Positions 27,839 through 37,145 of a stretch of 64,000 nucleotides of DNA are shown in pieces. Both the position numbers and the translations under genes were made by a program. The stretch's first letter is position 1; each line of letters starts with the position of its first letter. Source of the DNA: Acidimicrobiia bacterium (GTDB taxonomy: Bacteria > Actinomycetota > Acidimicrobiia > IMCC26256 > PALSA-555). Below the pieces are notes generated by a model, which was not told where the DNA came from, did not search any database, and worked only from the letters and a program-made list of their open reading frames with translations. The stretch is taken from positions 3,626 to 67,625 of the forward strand of contig DASZJD010000039.1 in NCBI GenBank assembly GCA_035948415.1, in the 5' to 3' direction.

Positions 27839-28924
27839 ATGCTGGGCGACCCCCAGAACTACCTGGCCGTGATCAAGGTGGTCGGCGTCGGCGGCGGGGG
27901 CTGCAACGCCGTGAACCGCATGATCGACGCCGGCTTGAAGGGCACCGAGTTCGTCGCCGTGAACACCGACGCGCAGGCGCTGCTCGTCAGCGACGCCGAC
28001 GTGAAGCTCGACATCGGCCGCCAGCTCACCCGCGGCCTCGGCGCCGGCTCGGACCCCGACGTCGGCCGGCAGGCCGCCGAGGACCACCGCGACGAGATCG
28101 AAGAGGTGCTGAAGGGCGCCGACATGGTGTTCGTCACCGCCGGTGAGGGCGGTGGGACCGGCACCGGCGGGGCCCCGATCGTCGCCGAGGTCGCCCGCAA
28201 CATGGGGGCGCTCACCATCGCCATCGTCACCCGCCCGTTCGGGTTCGAGGGCCGGCGCCGGGCGGTGCAGGCCGACGCCGGCATCAGCCGGATGCGCGAG
28301 AAGGTCGACACCCTCATCGTGATCCCGAACGACCGCCTCCTCGACGTCGCCGACGAGAAGGCGTCGCTGCTCAGCGCCTTCCGGCTCGCCGACGACGTCC
28401 TCCTGCAGGGCGTCCAGGGCATCACCGACCTCATCACCACCCCCGGCCTCATCAACACCGACTTCGCCGACGTGCGGGTGATCATGCAGAACGCCGGCAC
28501 CGCCCTCATGGGCGTCGGCGAATCGTCGGGCGAGGGCCGGGCCGTCGGCGCGGCGCGCATCGCCATCTCCAGCTCGCTGCTCGAGGCGAGCATCGAGGGC
28601 GCACGCGGGCTGCTCCTCAACGTGGCCGGGCCGTCGGACCTCGGGCTCTTCGAGGTCAACGAGGCGGCCGAGATCGTGAAGGAGACCGCGCACCCCGACG
28701 CCAACATCATCTTCGGGGCCTCGATCGACGACTCGCTCGGGGAGACGATCCGAATCACCGTGATCGCGGCCGGCTTCGACCGCTTCGAGGGCGAGCGCCA
28801 CCCCGAGGGCGGGCGCCGGCGAATCGAGCCGATGGTCGGGATGCCCGTGCGGGACGAGCCCGGCGAGGGCGCAGCCGGCCGGGACGAGGACGACGACTTC
28901 GACGTCCCCGAGTTCCTGCGCTGA
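27839..28924 (+). CDS. ftsZ: cell division GTPase FtsZ
   Basis: ATG 27839 preceded by [20 protein letters not shown], the tubulin signature [10 protein letters not shown], and the C-terminal peptide [11 protein letters not shown]. Confidence 0.95.
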   Translation: MLGDPQNYLAVIKVVGVGGGGCNAVNRMIDAGLKGTEFVAVNTDAQALLVSDADVKLDIGRQLTRGLGAGSDPDVGRQAAEDHRDEIEEVLKGADMVFVTAGEGGGTGTGGAPIVAEVARNMGALTIAIVTRPFGFEGRRRAVQADAGISRMREKVDTLIVIPNDRLLDVADEKASLLSAFRLADDVLLQGVQGITDLITTPGLINTDFADVRVIMQNAGTALMGVGESSGEGRAVGAARIAISSSLLEASIEGARGLLLNVAGPSDLGLFEVNEAAEIVKETAHPDANIIFGASIDDSLGETIRITVIAAGFDRFEGERHPEGGRRRIEPMVGMPVRDEPGEGAAGRDEDDDFDVPEFLR

Positions 28925-29634
28925 TCCACCACCGGCTCGGCCCGGCCCGAATCGCCTGGACCGACCGGCACGGCGGCGTCTCCACCGGCCGCTACTCCAC
29001 CGCCAACCTGTCCACCCGCAGCGCCGACGACCCCGCCGCCGTGCGCGAGAACCGGGCCCGGCTCGCCACCACGCTCGGGCTCGGCGACCCCGACCGCTGG
29101 TGGTGGCTGCACCAGGTGCACGGCGCCGCCGTCCTCGACGCCGACGAGCCGCCCCCGGCCGCGGTGCCGCCCGCCGACGCCGCCGTGACCACCACCGCCG
29201 GCCGGCCGCTGGCCGTCCTCACCGCCGACTGCGCCCCGGTCGTGCTCGCCAGCGACGACGCCGTCGCCGTCGTCCACGCCGGCTGGGTCGGGCTGCTCAC
29301 CGGCGTCGTAGCGGCCGCGGTCGACCGGCTCCGGGCCCGGGGCCGGGGCCCGGTCCGGGCCGCCATCGGCCCCTGCATCCACCCCGACCGGTACGCCTTC
29401 GGGGCCGACGACCTCGGCCGCGTCGTCGCCGCCTACGGGCCCACGGTCGCGGCCCGCACCGCCGACGGCGGGCCCGCCCTCGACCTCCCGGCGGCGGTCC
29501 GGGCCGCCCTCGCCGGGGTCGGGGTCACCGACGTCCACGACGTCGGCGTGTGCACGGCGGCGTCGGCCGACCACTTCTCCTACCGCCGCGACGGCGAGAC
29601 CGGCCGCCAGGCCGTGGTGGCCGTCCTCGGGTGA
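28921..29634 (+). CDS. pgeF: PgeF/YfiH (laccase-domain) purine nucleoside phosphorylase-like protein; start probably CTG 28921
   Basis: Family blocks [19 protein letters not shown] and VHAGW. The first block lies upstream of the first canonical start (GTG 29041). This frame has no ATG, GTG or TTG between the stop at 28144-28146 and 29041. The only CTG is at 28921, overlapping the ftsZ stop (CTGA). Confidence 0.75.
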   Translation: MIHHRLGPARIAWTDRHGGVSTGRYSTANLSTRSADDPAAVRENRARLATTLGLGDPDRWWWLHQVHGAAVLDADEPPPAAVPPADAAVTTTAGRPLAVLTADCAPVVLASDDAVAVVHAGWVGLLTGVVAAAVDRLRARGRGPVRAAIGPCIHPDRYAFGADDLGRVVAAYGPTVAARTADGGPALDLPAAVRAALAGVGVTDVHDVGVCTAASADHFSYRRDGETGRQAVVAVLG

Positions 29635-30296
29635 CCGACGTCGCCGCCCGGGTGGCCGCGGTCCGGGCCCGCATCGCCGCGGCCGCCGCCCGGTCCGGTC
29701 GAGACCCGGGCTCGGTGACCCTCGTCGCCGCCAGCAAGACCGTGCCGGCCGACCGGGTGGCCGAGGCCGTCGCGGCCGGGGTGCGCGACGTGGGCGAGAA
29801 CCGGGCCCAGGAGCTGCTGGCGAAGGCGCCGGCGCTGGCGGCGGCCCCACCCCGCTGGCACTTCGTCGGCCCCCTCCAGCGCAACAAGGTGAAGGCCCTC
29901 GCCCCGTGGGTGACGTGGTGGCAGACGGTGGACCGGGTCGAGCTCGGGACGGTCATCGCCCGGCACGCGCCGGCGGCCCAGGTCCTCGTCGAGGTGAACC
30001 TGGGCCGCGAGCCGCAGAAGGCCGGCTGCGCGCCCGAGGCCACCGGGGGTCTGGTCGACGCCCTCCGCGGGGTCGGGCTCGTCGTCGCCGGGCTCATGAC
30101 CGTGCCCCCGCTCGGCGACGACCCCCGCCGGTGGTTCGCCCGGCTGCGAGACCTCGCCGCCGCGGCGACGCTGCAGGAGCTGTCGATGGGCATGACCGAC
30201 GACTTCGAGGTGGCGGTTGAGGAGGGCGCGACGATGGTGCGGGTGGGCCGGGCCCTCTTCGGTGACCGTCCCCCGTCACAGGCGCCCCAGCAGTAA
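29631..30296 (+). CDS. yggS: YggS/YlmE PLP-binding homeostasis protein
   Basis: GTGA overlap with pgeF. VTLVAASKT (PLP lysine) and HFVGPLQRNK. Confidence 0.85.
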   Translation: MTDVAARVAAVRARIAAAAARSGRDPGSVTLVAASKTVPADRVAEAVAAGVRDVGENRAQELLAKAPALAAAPPRWHFVGPLQRNKVKALAPWVTWWQTVDRVELGTVIARHAPAAQVLVEVNLGREPQKAGCAPEATGGLVDALRGVGLVVAGLMTVPPLGDDPRRWFARLRDLAAAATLQELSMGMTDDFEVAVEEGATMVRVGRALFGDRPPSQAPQQ

Positions 30297-30339
30297 CCTT
30301 CGACCCGGGAGGGCGTGCCGCCCCGGCACGTGACGCGTA

Positions 30340-30963
30340 TTGGCCTCGCTCTGGCGCCGAGCCATGGTCTACCTGGGACTCCAGGACGACGACGAGCAGT
30401 ACGGCTACGACGCGTACGGCTACGACGAGTACGGCGAGTACGGCGACGAGGGCCGGCGCGGGCCGCACGACGCCGGGCCCAACGACCCCAACCACCGCCG
30501 GGTCCCCGAGTACGCCGGCGGCCCCGCCTACCCGGAGTCACGGGACGCGCGACCGGTCCGCGACCCGCCGGCACCGATGGCACGCCCCGAGTACGGCGAG
30601 CCGACCGTGCGCGCGGTGCCCCGCGACGAGCCGCCGTCGGGCGTCTCGGTCCCGCGCCCGCCGGTCGTGCGGAGCGTGCCGACGTCGGCGGCCCGGGTCC
30701 ACGTGGTCGAGCCGCTGAACTTCAACGACGCCCAGGAGATCGGGGACCGCGTCAAGGGCAACCAGGCCGTCATCCTCAACCTGCAGGGCAGCAACCGGGA
30801 GCTGCAGCGCCGCCTCATCGACTTCTCGAGCGGCCTCGCCTACGCCGTCGGCGGGTCGATGTCGCGCGTCGCCGACTCCGTCTTCCTGCTGACGCCGATG
30901 AATGTGCAGCTCTCCGAAGAGGAGAAGGAGCGACTCGAGGCCCGCGGCCTCTACCGACGCTGA
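30340..30963 (+). CDS. sepF: cell division protein SepF
   Basis: TTG start giving the amphipathic N-terminus MASLWRRAMVYLGL, an acidic Tyr/Gly-rich linker, and the C-terminal core FNDAQEIGDRVKGNQAVILNL...LIDFSSGLAYAVGGS. Confidence 0.85.
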   Translation: MASLWRRAMVYLGLQDDDEQYGYDAYGYDEYGEYGDEGRRGPHDAGPNDPNHRRVPEYAGGPAYPESRDARPVRDPPAPMARPEYGEPTVRAVPRDEPPSGVSVPRPPVVRSVPTSAARVHVVEPLNFNDAQEIGDRVKGNQAVILNLQGSNRELQRRLIDFSSGLAYAVGGSMSRVADSVFLLTPMNVQLSEEEKERLEARGLYRR

Positions 30964-30969
30964 GCACCA

Positions 30970-31218
30970 GTGGGATTCGTCTGCGCGCTGCTCATCGTCT
31001 TCATCGTCGTGCTGTTCCTCCGCGCCGTGCTCTCGTGGTTCCCCGAGTCGCAGCGCCCCGGCACCGCGACCGCGCAGATCTCCCGGGTGCTCAACGACCT
31101 GACCGAGTGGGCGCTGCGCCCGCTCCGCCGCGTGATCCCGCCCGCCGGCATGTTCGACCTCTCGTTCCTCGTGCTGGTGTTCTTCCTGATCTTCCTCCGC
31201 ACCTTCCTCTGCGGCTGA
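30970..31218 (+). CDS. yggT: YggT/YlmG family membrane protein
   Basis: 82 aa with two TM helices and the LRAVLSWFP motif. Canonical position after sepF. Confidence 0.8.
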   Translation: MGFVCALLIVFIVVLFLRAVLSWFPESQRPGTATAQISRVLNDLTEWALRPLRRVIPPAGMFDLSFLVLVFFLIFLRTFLCG

Positions 31219-31264
31219 TCGTCGCATCGCCCCGGCGGGACCATCTCGCTACCATGGAACGCCT

Positions 31265-32239
31265 ATGGCTTCCATGGACGTGACCCCCCAGGAGTTGCGC
31301 GACGTCGAGATCCGTGAGGCGTGGCGCGGCTACCACCGCGACGACGTCGACGAGCTGCTTGAGCGGGCGGCCGCCACGATCGAGCACCTGCAGGACGAAG
31401 TTCGCCAGGAGAAGCTCCGGGCCGCGCAGGCGCCGACCCCGGCGCCGGCGCCGGCACGCACGCCGGCGGTGACGCCGCCGCCGGTGCCCGAGCGCCGCCC
31501 GCCGGGCGTCGACACCGACGTCATCCAGCGGACGCTCGTCCTCGCGCAGAAGGCCGCCGACGAGGCGGTCGCCGAGGCGCGCGCAGCCGCCCAGCAGATG
31601 CTGGCCGAGTCGGAGGCCAAGGCGCAGTCGCTGGTCGGCGAGGCCGAGGCGAACGCGCGTCGGATCGCCGACACCGAGCGCCGCCGCCTCGAGGAGGAGA
31701 TCGGACAGCTCACGGCGGCGCGCGAGACCTTGAACGCCGACGTGGACGCCCTCGAGCGCTTCGAGTCCGAGTACAAGGAGCGCCTCCGCCAGGCCATCCG
31801 CGCCGAGCTCGCCGTCCTCGATTCGCCCAACCCGCCGACCGGTGAGCGGCCGTCCCTCCACGCGGTGCACGTGCCCGCGCCGCGGTCCTGGTCGGCGTCC
31901 TCGGGCTACGCCCCGTCCGCCGAGGGGACGGGGTCGCCGGCGGCGCTGGCGTCGGGCGGAGTCCCGACGGTCAGCATCCAGGCCGTCTCCGCCCACGAGC
32001 AGTGGGAGGAGTCGAGCGGCGAGTGGGGCGAGACGCCCGCCGCCGCGGTCGTCGACGACGCCGAGGAGCCCGACCTGTCGGAGCGCAGCGAGAGCCTCGA
32101 CGACGACGCCTTCTTCGCGTCGCTGCGCGAGGCCGTGCGCGACGACACGCCCCTCGGCTCGCGGGAGCCGACGTCGGAGCACTTCCTCGACACCGAGGAG
32201 CCCGACGACCAGCGCAAGCTGTTCCGCCGGCGGCGCTGA
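31265..32239 (+). CDS. divIVA: DivIVA-domain protein (Wag31-like)
   Basis: VTPQELRDVEIREAWRGYHRDDVDELL DivIVA N-terminal domain followed by long coiled coils. Confidence 0.85.
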   Translation: MASMDVTPQELRDVEIREAWRGYHRDDVDELLERAAATIEHLQDEVRQEKLRAAQAPTPAPAPARTPAVTPPPVPERRPPGVDTDVIQRTLVLAQKAADEAVAEARAAAQQMLAESEAKAQSLVGEAEANARRIADTERRRLEEEIGQLTAARETLNADVDALERFESEYKERLRQAIRAELAVLDSPNPPTGERPSLHAVHVPAPRSWSASSGYAPSAEGTGSPAALASGGVPTVSIQAVSAHEQWEESSGEWGETPAAAVVDDAEEPDLSERSESLDDDAFFASLREAVRDDTPLGSREPTSEHFLDTEEPDDQRKLFRRRR

Positions 32240-32242
32240 GGG

Positions 32243-35200
32243 TCAGACCCGGTCCACGCGCACCCGCACCGGGTCGCCGTCGACCGCGAGCGTCGCCGCG
32301 CCGTCGAGCCCGTCGTCGCCGACGTCGGTGACCCGCCAGTCGGTGGCGAGCACCTCCTCCTGGATCCAGTCCGCGTGCCGCCGCGCCGCCGCGGCGACGC
32401 GGCCGTCGGCGCCGAGCTCCACGCGCACCCGGTCGGCGAGGTCGAGGCCGAGCGCCTTGCGGTGCTCGTTCAGGGCGCGGACGAGCTCGCGGGCCAGGCC
32501 CTCGGAGCGCAGCTCGTCGTCGAGGGCGGTGTCGAGCGCGACCGCCACGCCGCCGTCCTCGGCCAGGGCCAGCGACTCGTGGGTCCGGGCCCGCACGTCG
32601 ACGTCGTCGGGTCCGAGCTCGACCGCCTGGCCGTCGACCGTGACGACCACCCGCCCGTCGGTCTCGAGCGCCCGACGGAGGGCGGCGCCGTCGGCGGCCG
32701 CCAGCACGGCCTGGAGCGGGCGCACGAGCGGCCCGAGGCGAGGCCCGAGCGTCCGGAACCGGGGCGCCACCGAGTAGTCGAGGAGGCCCTCGAGGTCGCG
32801 GACGGGCTCGAGGGCCTTCACGTTCAGCTCGTCGGCGACCTGGGCGCGGAGCTCGTCGCCGAGGGTCAGGCCCGCCGGGAACAGGACCAGGGCCCGCCGC
32901 AGCGGCTGGCGCACCTTGATCCCAGCCTCGTTGCGGGCCGCGAGCCCGAGGGTCACCAGCCGGCGGGCGAAGGCCATCTCGGCCTCGAGGGCCGGGTCGA
33001 CGGCGCCGGGATCGGCGGCGGGCCAGTCGGCCAGGTGCACCGACACGCCGCTTTGGGTGACGGTGCGGTGCAGCTCGTCGGCGAGGAAGGGGCAGAACGG
33101 GGCCAGCAGCAGGCTGATCGTCGTCAGGCACTCGTGGAGCGTCGCCGGCGCGCCCGGGTCGGCCGACTTCCAGAAGCGCGGCCGGGAGCGGCGCACGTAC
33201 CAGTTCGAGCAGTCGTCGACCAGCCGGTCGAGGGCCTGCGCGGCGCGCAAGGCGTCGAAGCCCTCGAGCGCGTCGGTGACCTCGCCGACGGTCGCGTGGA
33301 GGCGGGACCGGATCCAGCGGTCGAGCACGTGCGGGGACCGAACCGGCGGCCCGGGCTCCCAGCCGTCGAGGTTCGCGTAGGTGACGAAGAACGACGCCGT
33401 GTTCCACAGCGTCAGCAGGAACCGGCGGGTCGACTCGTCGATCACCTGCTCGTCGACCCGTCGGCTCGTCCACGGTGAGCCGGCCGAGAAGAAGTACCAG
33501 CGGAGCGCGTCGGCGCCCCGGCTCCGCAGGATGGTCCACGGGTCGAGGACGTTCCCGCGCGACTTCGACATCTTCTGGCCGTCGCGGTCGACGATGTGGG
33601 CCAGGCACACGACGTGCCGGTACGGCGCCCGGCCGAACACCAGCGTGTTGACGGCCAGGAGCGAGTAGAACCAGCCCCGGGTCTGGTCGATGGCCTCGCA
33701 GACGAAGTCGGCGGGGAAGCGACGCTCGAACCGGTCGGCGTGCTCGAACGGGTAGTGCCACTGCGACGCCGGCATCGCGCCCGAGTCGAACCAGGCGTCG
33801 AGCACCGCCTCGACGCGGCGGGCCCGAGCGCCGCACGTGGGGCACGTGATCGCGACCTCGTCGACGTCCGGCCGGTGCAGGTCGAGCCCGGCCAGGTCGC
33901 GGCCGGCCAGCTCGGCGAGCTCGGCGACCGACCCGACGCAGGTGTCGTGCCCCTCCTCGCAGCGCCAGAAGGGGAGCGGCGTCCCCCAGAAGCGGTCGCG
34001 TGACAACGCCCAGTCGACGTTGTGCTCGAGCCAGTCGCCGAAGCGGCCGTGCTTGATGTGCTCGGGGTGCCACCCGACGGTCTCGTTCTCGCGCAGCAGC
34101 TCGGCGCGGTGCTCGGACGTGCGGGCGAACCACGTCGGCTTGGCCCAGTAGATGAGGGGCGTCGCGCAGCGCCAGCAGTGCGGGTACGAGTGCTCGTAGT
34201 CGACGACCCGCTCCAGCCGGCCGCGCGCCGCCAGGTCGTCGATGATGAGCGGGTCGGCGTCCTTCACGAAGCGCCCCCGGTACGGGGGCACGGAGTGGTC
34301 GAAGCGGGCGGCGGCGTCGACGGGGTTCAGCATCGGCAGGCCCTCGGCCTCGCCGACCTCGCGGTCGACCTCGCCGAAGGCCGGCGCCAGGTGCACGACG
34401 CCGGAGCCGTCCTCGACGGTCACGAAGTCGGCGGCGACCACGCGCGCCGCGTCAGCGGGGAGGGGCAGGACGTCGAACGGCCGCTCGTAGTGGCGTCCGA
34501 CCAGCGTGGCGACGGGCACGTCGGCGACCACCTCGGCGTCGTCGCCGAGCACCGGCGCGACCCGTTCCGCCGCCAGCACGAGGTCGCGCCGGCCGTCCTG
34601 CGCGCGCACGCGCGCGTACCGCACGTCGGGTCCCACCGCGGCGGCGACGTTCGACACCAGCGTCCACGGCGTGGTCGTCCACACCAGCAGGTCGACGTCG
34701 TCGTCGACGAGCGGGAAGCGCACGTACACGGACGGCTCGACCACGTCCTCGTACCCGAGCGCCACCTCGTGGCTCGACAGGGCGGTGCCGCAGCGCGCGC
34801 AGTAGGGCACGACCTTGAACCCCTCGTAGACGAGCCCGGCGTCCCAGAGCTGGCGAAGGTGCCACCAGACGCTCTCGATGTACTCGTTCGTCAACGTCCA
34901 GTAGGCGTTCGCGGTGTCGAGCCACATCCCGATCCGGGTCGTGAGCGCGGACCAGTCCTCGACGTATCGGTGCACCGACTCGCGGCAGCGCTGGTTGAAC
35001 GCTGCGACCCCGAACTCCTCGATCTCGGGCTTGCCCGAGAACCCGAGCTCCCGCTCCACCTCGAGCTCGACCGGGAGCCCGTGGCAGTCCCAGCCGCCCT
35101 TCCGGGCCACGTAGCGCCCGCGCATGGTGTGGAAGCGGGGATAGAGGTCCTTGAAGGAGCGGGCCCAGACGTGGTGGAGCCCGGGCTGGCCGTTGGCGGT

Positions 35201-35347
35201 CGGCGGTCCCTCGTAGAACACCCACTCCGGGGCCCCGTCGCGGCGACGAAGGCTCTCGCCGAACACGTCGTCGTCGGCCCACCGCCGCAGCACGCGCTCC
35301 TCGAGCGCGACGAGGTCGACCTCGCGAGGAAGTGACTCGAACGGCAT
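32243..35347 (-). CDS. ileS: isoleucyl-tRNA synthetase (about 1034 aa)
   Basis: Last 1034 aa of track ORF 32243..38152, from ATG (reverse complement of 35345-35347). HIGH-type PPTANGQPGLHHV and KMSKS (GQKMSKSRGN). Confidence 0.95.
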   Translation of the reverse strand: MPFESLPREVDLVALEERVLRRWADDDVFGESLRRRDGAPEWVFYEGPPTANGQPGLHHVWARSFKDLYPRFHTMRGRYVARKGGWDCHGLPVELEVERELGFSGKPEIEEFGVAAFNQRCRESVHRYVEDWSALTTRIGMWLDTANAYWTLTNEYIESVWWHLRQLWDAGLVYEGFKVVPYCARCGTALSSHEVALGYEDVVEPSVYVRFPLVDDDVDLLVWTTTPWTLVSNVAAAVGPDVRYARVRAQDGRRDLVLAAERVAPVLGDDAEVVADVPVATLVGRHYERPFDVLPLPADAARVVAADFVTVEDGSGVVHLAPAFGEVDREVGEAEGLPMLNPVDAAARFDHSVPPYRGRFVKDADPLIIDDLAARGRLERVVDYEHSYPHCWRCATPLIYWAKPTWFARTSEHRAELLRENETVGWHPEHIKHGRFGDWLEHNVDWALSRDRFWGTPLPFWRCEEGHDTCVGSVAELAELAGRDLAGLDLHRPDVDEVAITCPTCGARARRVEAVLDAWFDSGAMPASQWHYPFEHADRFERRFPADFVCEAIDQTRGWFYSLLAVNTLVFGRAPYRHVVCLAHIVDRDGQKMSKSRGNVLDPWTILRSRGADALRWYFFSAGSPWTSRRVDEQVIDESTRRFLLTLWNTASFFVTYANLDGWEPGPPVRSPHVLDRWIRSRLHATVGEVTDALEGFDALRAAQALDRLVDDCSNWYVRRSRPRFWKSADPGAPATLHECLTTISLLLAPFCPFLADELHRTVTQSGVSVHLADWPAADPGAVDPALEAEMAFARRLVTLGLAARNEAGIKVRQPLRRALVLFPAGLTLGDELRAQVADELNVKALEPVRDLEGLLDYSVAPRFRTLGPRLGPLVRPLQAVLAAADGAALRRALETDGRVVVTVDGQAVELGPDDVDVRARTHESLALAEDGGVAVALDTALDDELRSEGLARELVRALNEHRKALGLDLADRVRVELGADGRVAAAARRHADWIQEEVLATDWRVTDVGDDGLDGAATLAVDGDPVRVRVDRV
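32246..32275 (+). terminator. hairpin 7 nt after the divIVA stop, embedded in the ileS 3' coding end
   Basis: GACCCGGT (32246-32253) pairs perfectly with ACCGGGTC (32268-32275) around a 14-nt loop. No U tract. Confidence 0.3.
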
Positions 35348-35400
35348 CGTCCGGAGCGTATCGTGAGCCGGTTCGCGGGCCGCCCGAGAATGGAGCCGCG

Positions 35401-35754
35401 GTGAGCGACGTCGACGACCTCTACGCGTTCGACGGCAGCACGGTCGTGCTCGCCGTGCACGTGCAGCCCCGCGCAGGGCGGAGCGCGGTGCTCGGCCGCC
35501 ACGGCAACGCGCTGCGCCTCCGCGTCGCGGCGCCGCCGGTCGACGACCGGGCCAACGAGGCCGCACGCGCGCTGCTCGCCGAGCAGTTCGGCGTGAAGCC
35601 GGCCGACGTGCAGCTGGTCGCGGGCGAGCGGTCGCGCCTGAAGCGCTTCCGCCTCGCCAACGTCGACCACGACGAGTTCGTCGTGCGGCTGCGACGCGCC
35701 GTCCGCGAGGCCGACCAGGCCGCCGGGCCGCGCTCGCGCCACCACGTCGACTGA
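35401..35754 (+). CDS. DUF167 (YggU-like) protein
   Basis: GTG 35401 inside track ORF 35332..35754. VLAVHVQPRAGRSAV...LRLRVAAPPVDDRANEAARALLAEQFGVKPADVQLVAGERSRLKRFRL matches the DUF167 pattern. Confidence 0.75.
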   Translation: MSDVDDLYAFDGSTVVLAVHVQPRAGRSAVLGRHGNALRLRVAAPPVDDRANEAARALLAEQFGVKPADVQLVAGERSRLKRFRLANVDHDEFVVRLRRAVREADQAAGPRSRHHVD

Positions 35755-35854
35755 CCGTCCGGAGCGGCGGCGCCGGCCGTCGAGGGCGGCGACAGCGTGG
35801 CGTGCGGCACGCACTACCATCGCCCGCTCGCACATTCGCCGAAAGAGAGGCTGC

Positions 35855-36655
35855 ATGCCCGGGGCAGGCAAGAAGGCGACACCGCGCCGCGCCGCGACCG
35901 GGGGTCCCGCGGGCGGGGGGCGGGCCCGATCCGGCTCGAGCCGGGGCAACCCGGGCAAGCCGGCCGCGGCCAAGAAGCCCCCGGCCCGGAAGGCGGCGCC
36001 GAAGCCGCCGGCGGCCAAGACGGCGAAGCGGACGCCGGCGAAGGCCGTCCCGACCAAGAAGCCGGCGGCGAAGAAGGCCCCGGCCCCGCGGCCGGCCGCG
36101 AAGCGACTCCCGGCCAAGCCGGCGGCGGCGCCGAAGGCGACGACCAAGGCCGCCGCGCCCGCCCGCGCCCCGACCGCGACCCGTCCGGCCGCGCCCGGGG
36201 CGGGGGAGACAAGGTCCCGGGGCGGCAAGAAGACGGTCATCTGCCCGCTCTCGGGCTTCGAGGTGACGCCCGGGCCCGCCAACCTGAGCCCGAAGACGCT
36301 CGAGCGGCTCCGCCAGAAGCTGGTCGACGAGAAGAACCGGCTGCACCACCAGGCCGAGGAGCTCACGGCCGAGGCCGAGCAGCTGGCCCGGGAGCGGGAG
36401 GCCGGTGACACCCAGTTCGACGAGGAGTCGGGGGAGGGGGACACCGTCAACATCGAGCGGGAGCGCGACCTGCTCCTGTCGGCGACGGCCCGGCAGGTCG
36501 TGGAGGAGATCGACGACGCCCTCGAGCGGATGAAGCGCAACCGGTACGGCGTCTGTAAGCCCGCGGGGCGGAAGATCGCGCTCGAGCGGCTCGAGGCGAT
36601 CCCCTGGGCCCAGGTGTGCGTCGATTGCAAGGCGCGTGCCGAGCGGCGACGCTGA
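35855..36655 (+). CDS. DksA/TraR-family protein with an N-terminal Lys/Ala/Pro-rich histone-like extension
   Basis: Residues 1-126 are PAAKK/AKKP-type low complexity. The C-terminus has a DksA coiled coil (GDTVNIERERDLL...) and a partial zinc ribbon (GVCKPAG...CVDCK). RBS aaagagagg upstream. Confidence 0.75.
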   Translation: MPGAGKKATPRRAATGGPAGGGRARSGSSRGNPGKPAAAKKPPARKAAPKPPAAKTAKRTPAKAVPTKKPAAKKAPAPRPAAKRLPAKPAAAPKATTKAAAPARAPTATRPAAPGAGETRSRGGKKTVICPLSGFEVTPGPANLSPKTLERLRQKLVDEKNRLHHQAEELTAEAEQLAREREAGDTQFDEESGEGDTVNIERERDLLLSATARQVVEEIDDALERMKRNRYGVCKPAGRKIALERLEAIPWAQVCVDCKARAERRR

Positions 36656-37145
36656 TCCCGTCGCGGCGCGCCTCCGCGGGCGCCGCGGGCTGGTGGCCGG
36701 AATCGTCATCACGGTGGTGGCGCTCGACCAGGCCACGAAGGCCTGGGCGGCGGCGACGCTGCCGGGGTCGCCGGTGTCGATCGTCGGCTCGACCGTCGAG
36801 CTGCGCCTCGCCCGCAACACGGGGAGCGCGTTCAGCCTCTTCCAGACGATGACGCCGCTCCTCGTCATCCTCGTCATCGGCGTCGCCGTCGTCCTGCTCC
36901 GGGCCGTTCGCCGCGCCCACGAGCGCACCGTGCTCGTGGCCCTGGCGCTCGTGCTCGGCGGCGCCTTCGGGAACGTGGCCGACCGCCTCTTCCGGTCGCC
37001 GGGCTGGCTGCGCGGCGGGGTCGTCGACTTCGTGCGCCTGGACGGGTGGCCGACCTTCAACGTCGCCGACTCGGCGATCACCATCGGCGCCGTCCTCCTG
37101 GTGTGGTGGAGCCTCTTCGGCGGGCGGGCGGGCGCGGCGGCGTGA
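36636..37145 (+). CDS. lspA: lipoprotein signal peptidase II
   Basis: NTGSAFS and FNVADSAI motifs, four TM segments. GTG 36636 (alternative GTG 36693). Confidence 0.85.
   Translation: MPSGDADPVAARLRGRRGLVAGIVITVVALDQATKAWAAATLPGSPVSIVGSTVELRLARNTGSAFSLFQTMTPLLVILVIGVAVVLLRAVRRAHERTVLVALALVLGGAFGNVADRLFRSPGWLRGGVVDFVRLDGWPTFNVADSAITIGAVLLVWWSLFGGRAGAAA

Noticed and set aside
30385-30453. Tyr/Gly/acidic repeat (DDDEQYGYDAYGYDEYGEYGDEG) in SepF as a possible novelty
   Set aside because: Actinobacterial SepF proteins, the mycobacterial one for example, commonly have a similar acidic Tyr/Asp-rich linker between the membrane-targeting helix and the core domain.
35348-35860. Possible T-box leader upstream of ileS; actinobacterial ileS genes often have one
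   Set aside because: The conserved T-box core (GGTGGTACCGCG on the ileS strand, CGCGGTACCACC on the + strand) is absent. Only 53 nt separate the ileS ATG from the divergent DUF167 gene.
35855-36232. Repetitive ccggcggccaag-type DNA that might be a tandem repeat or CRISPR-like array
   Set aside because: The repeats are imperfect and in frame, and they encode the Lys/Ala/Pro-rich tail of the DksA-like protein. There is no repeat-spacer architecture.
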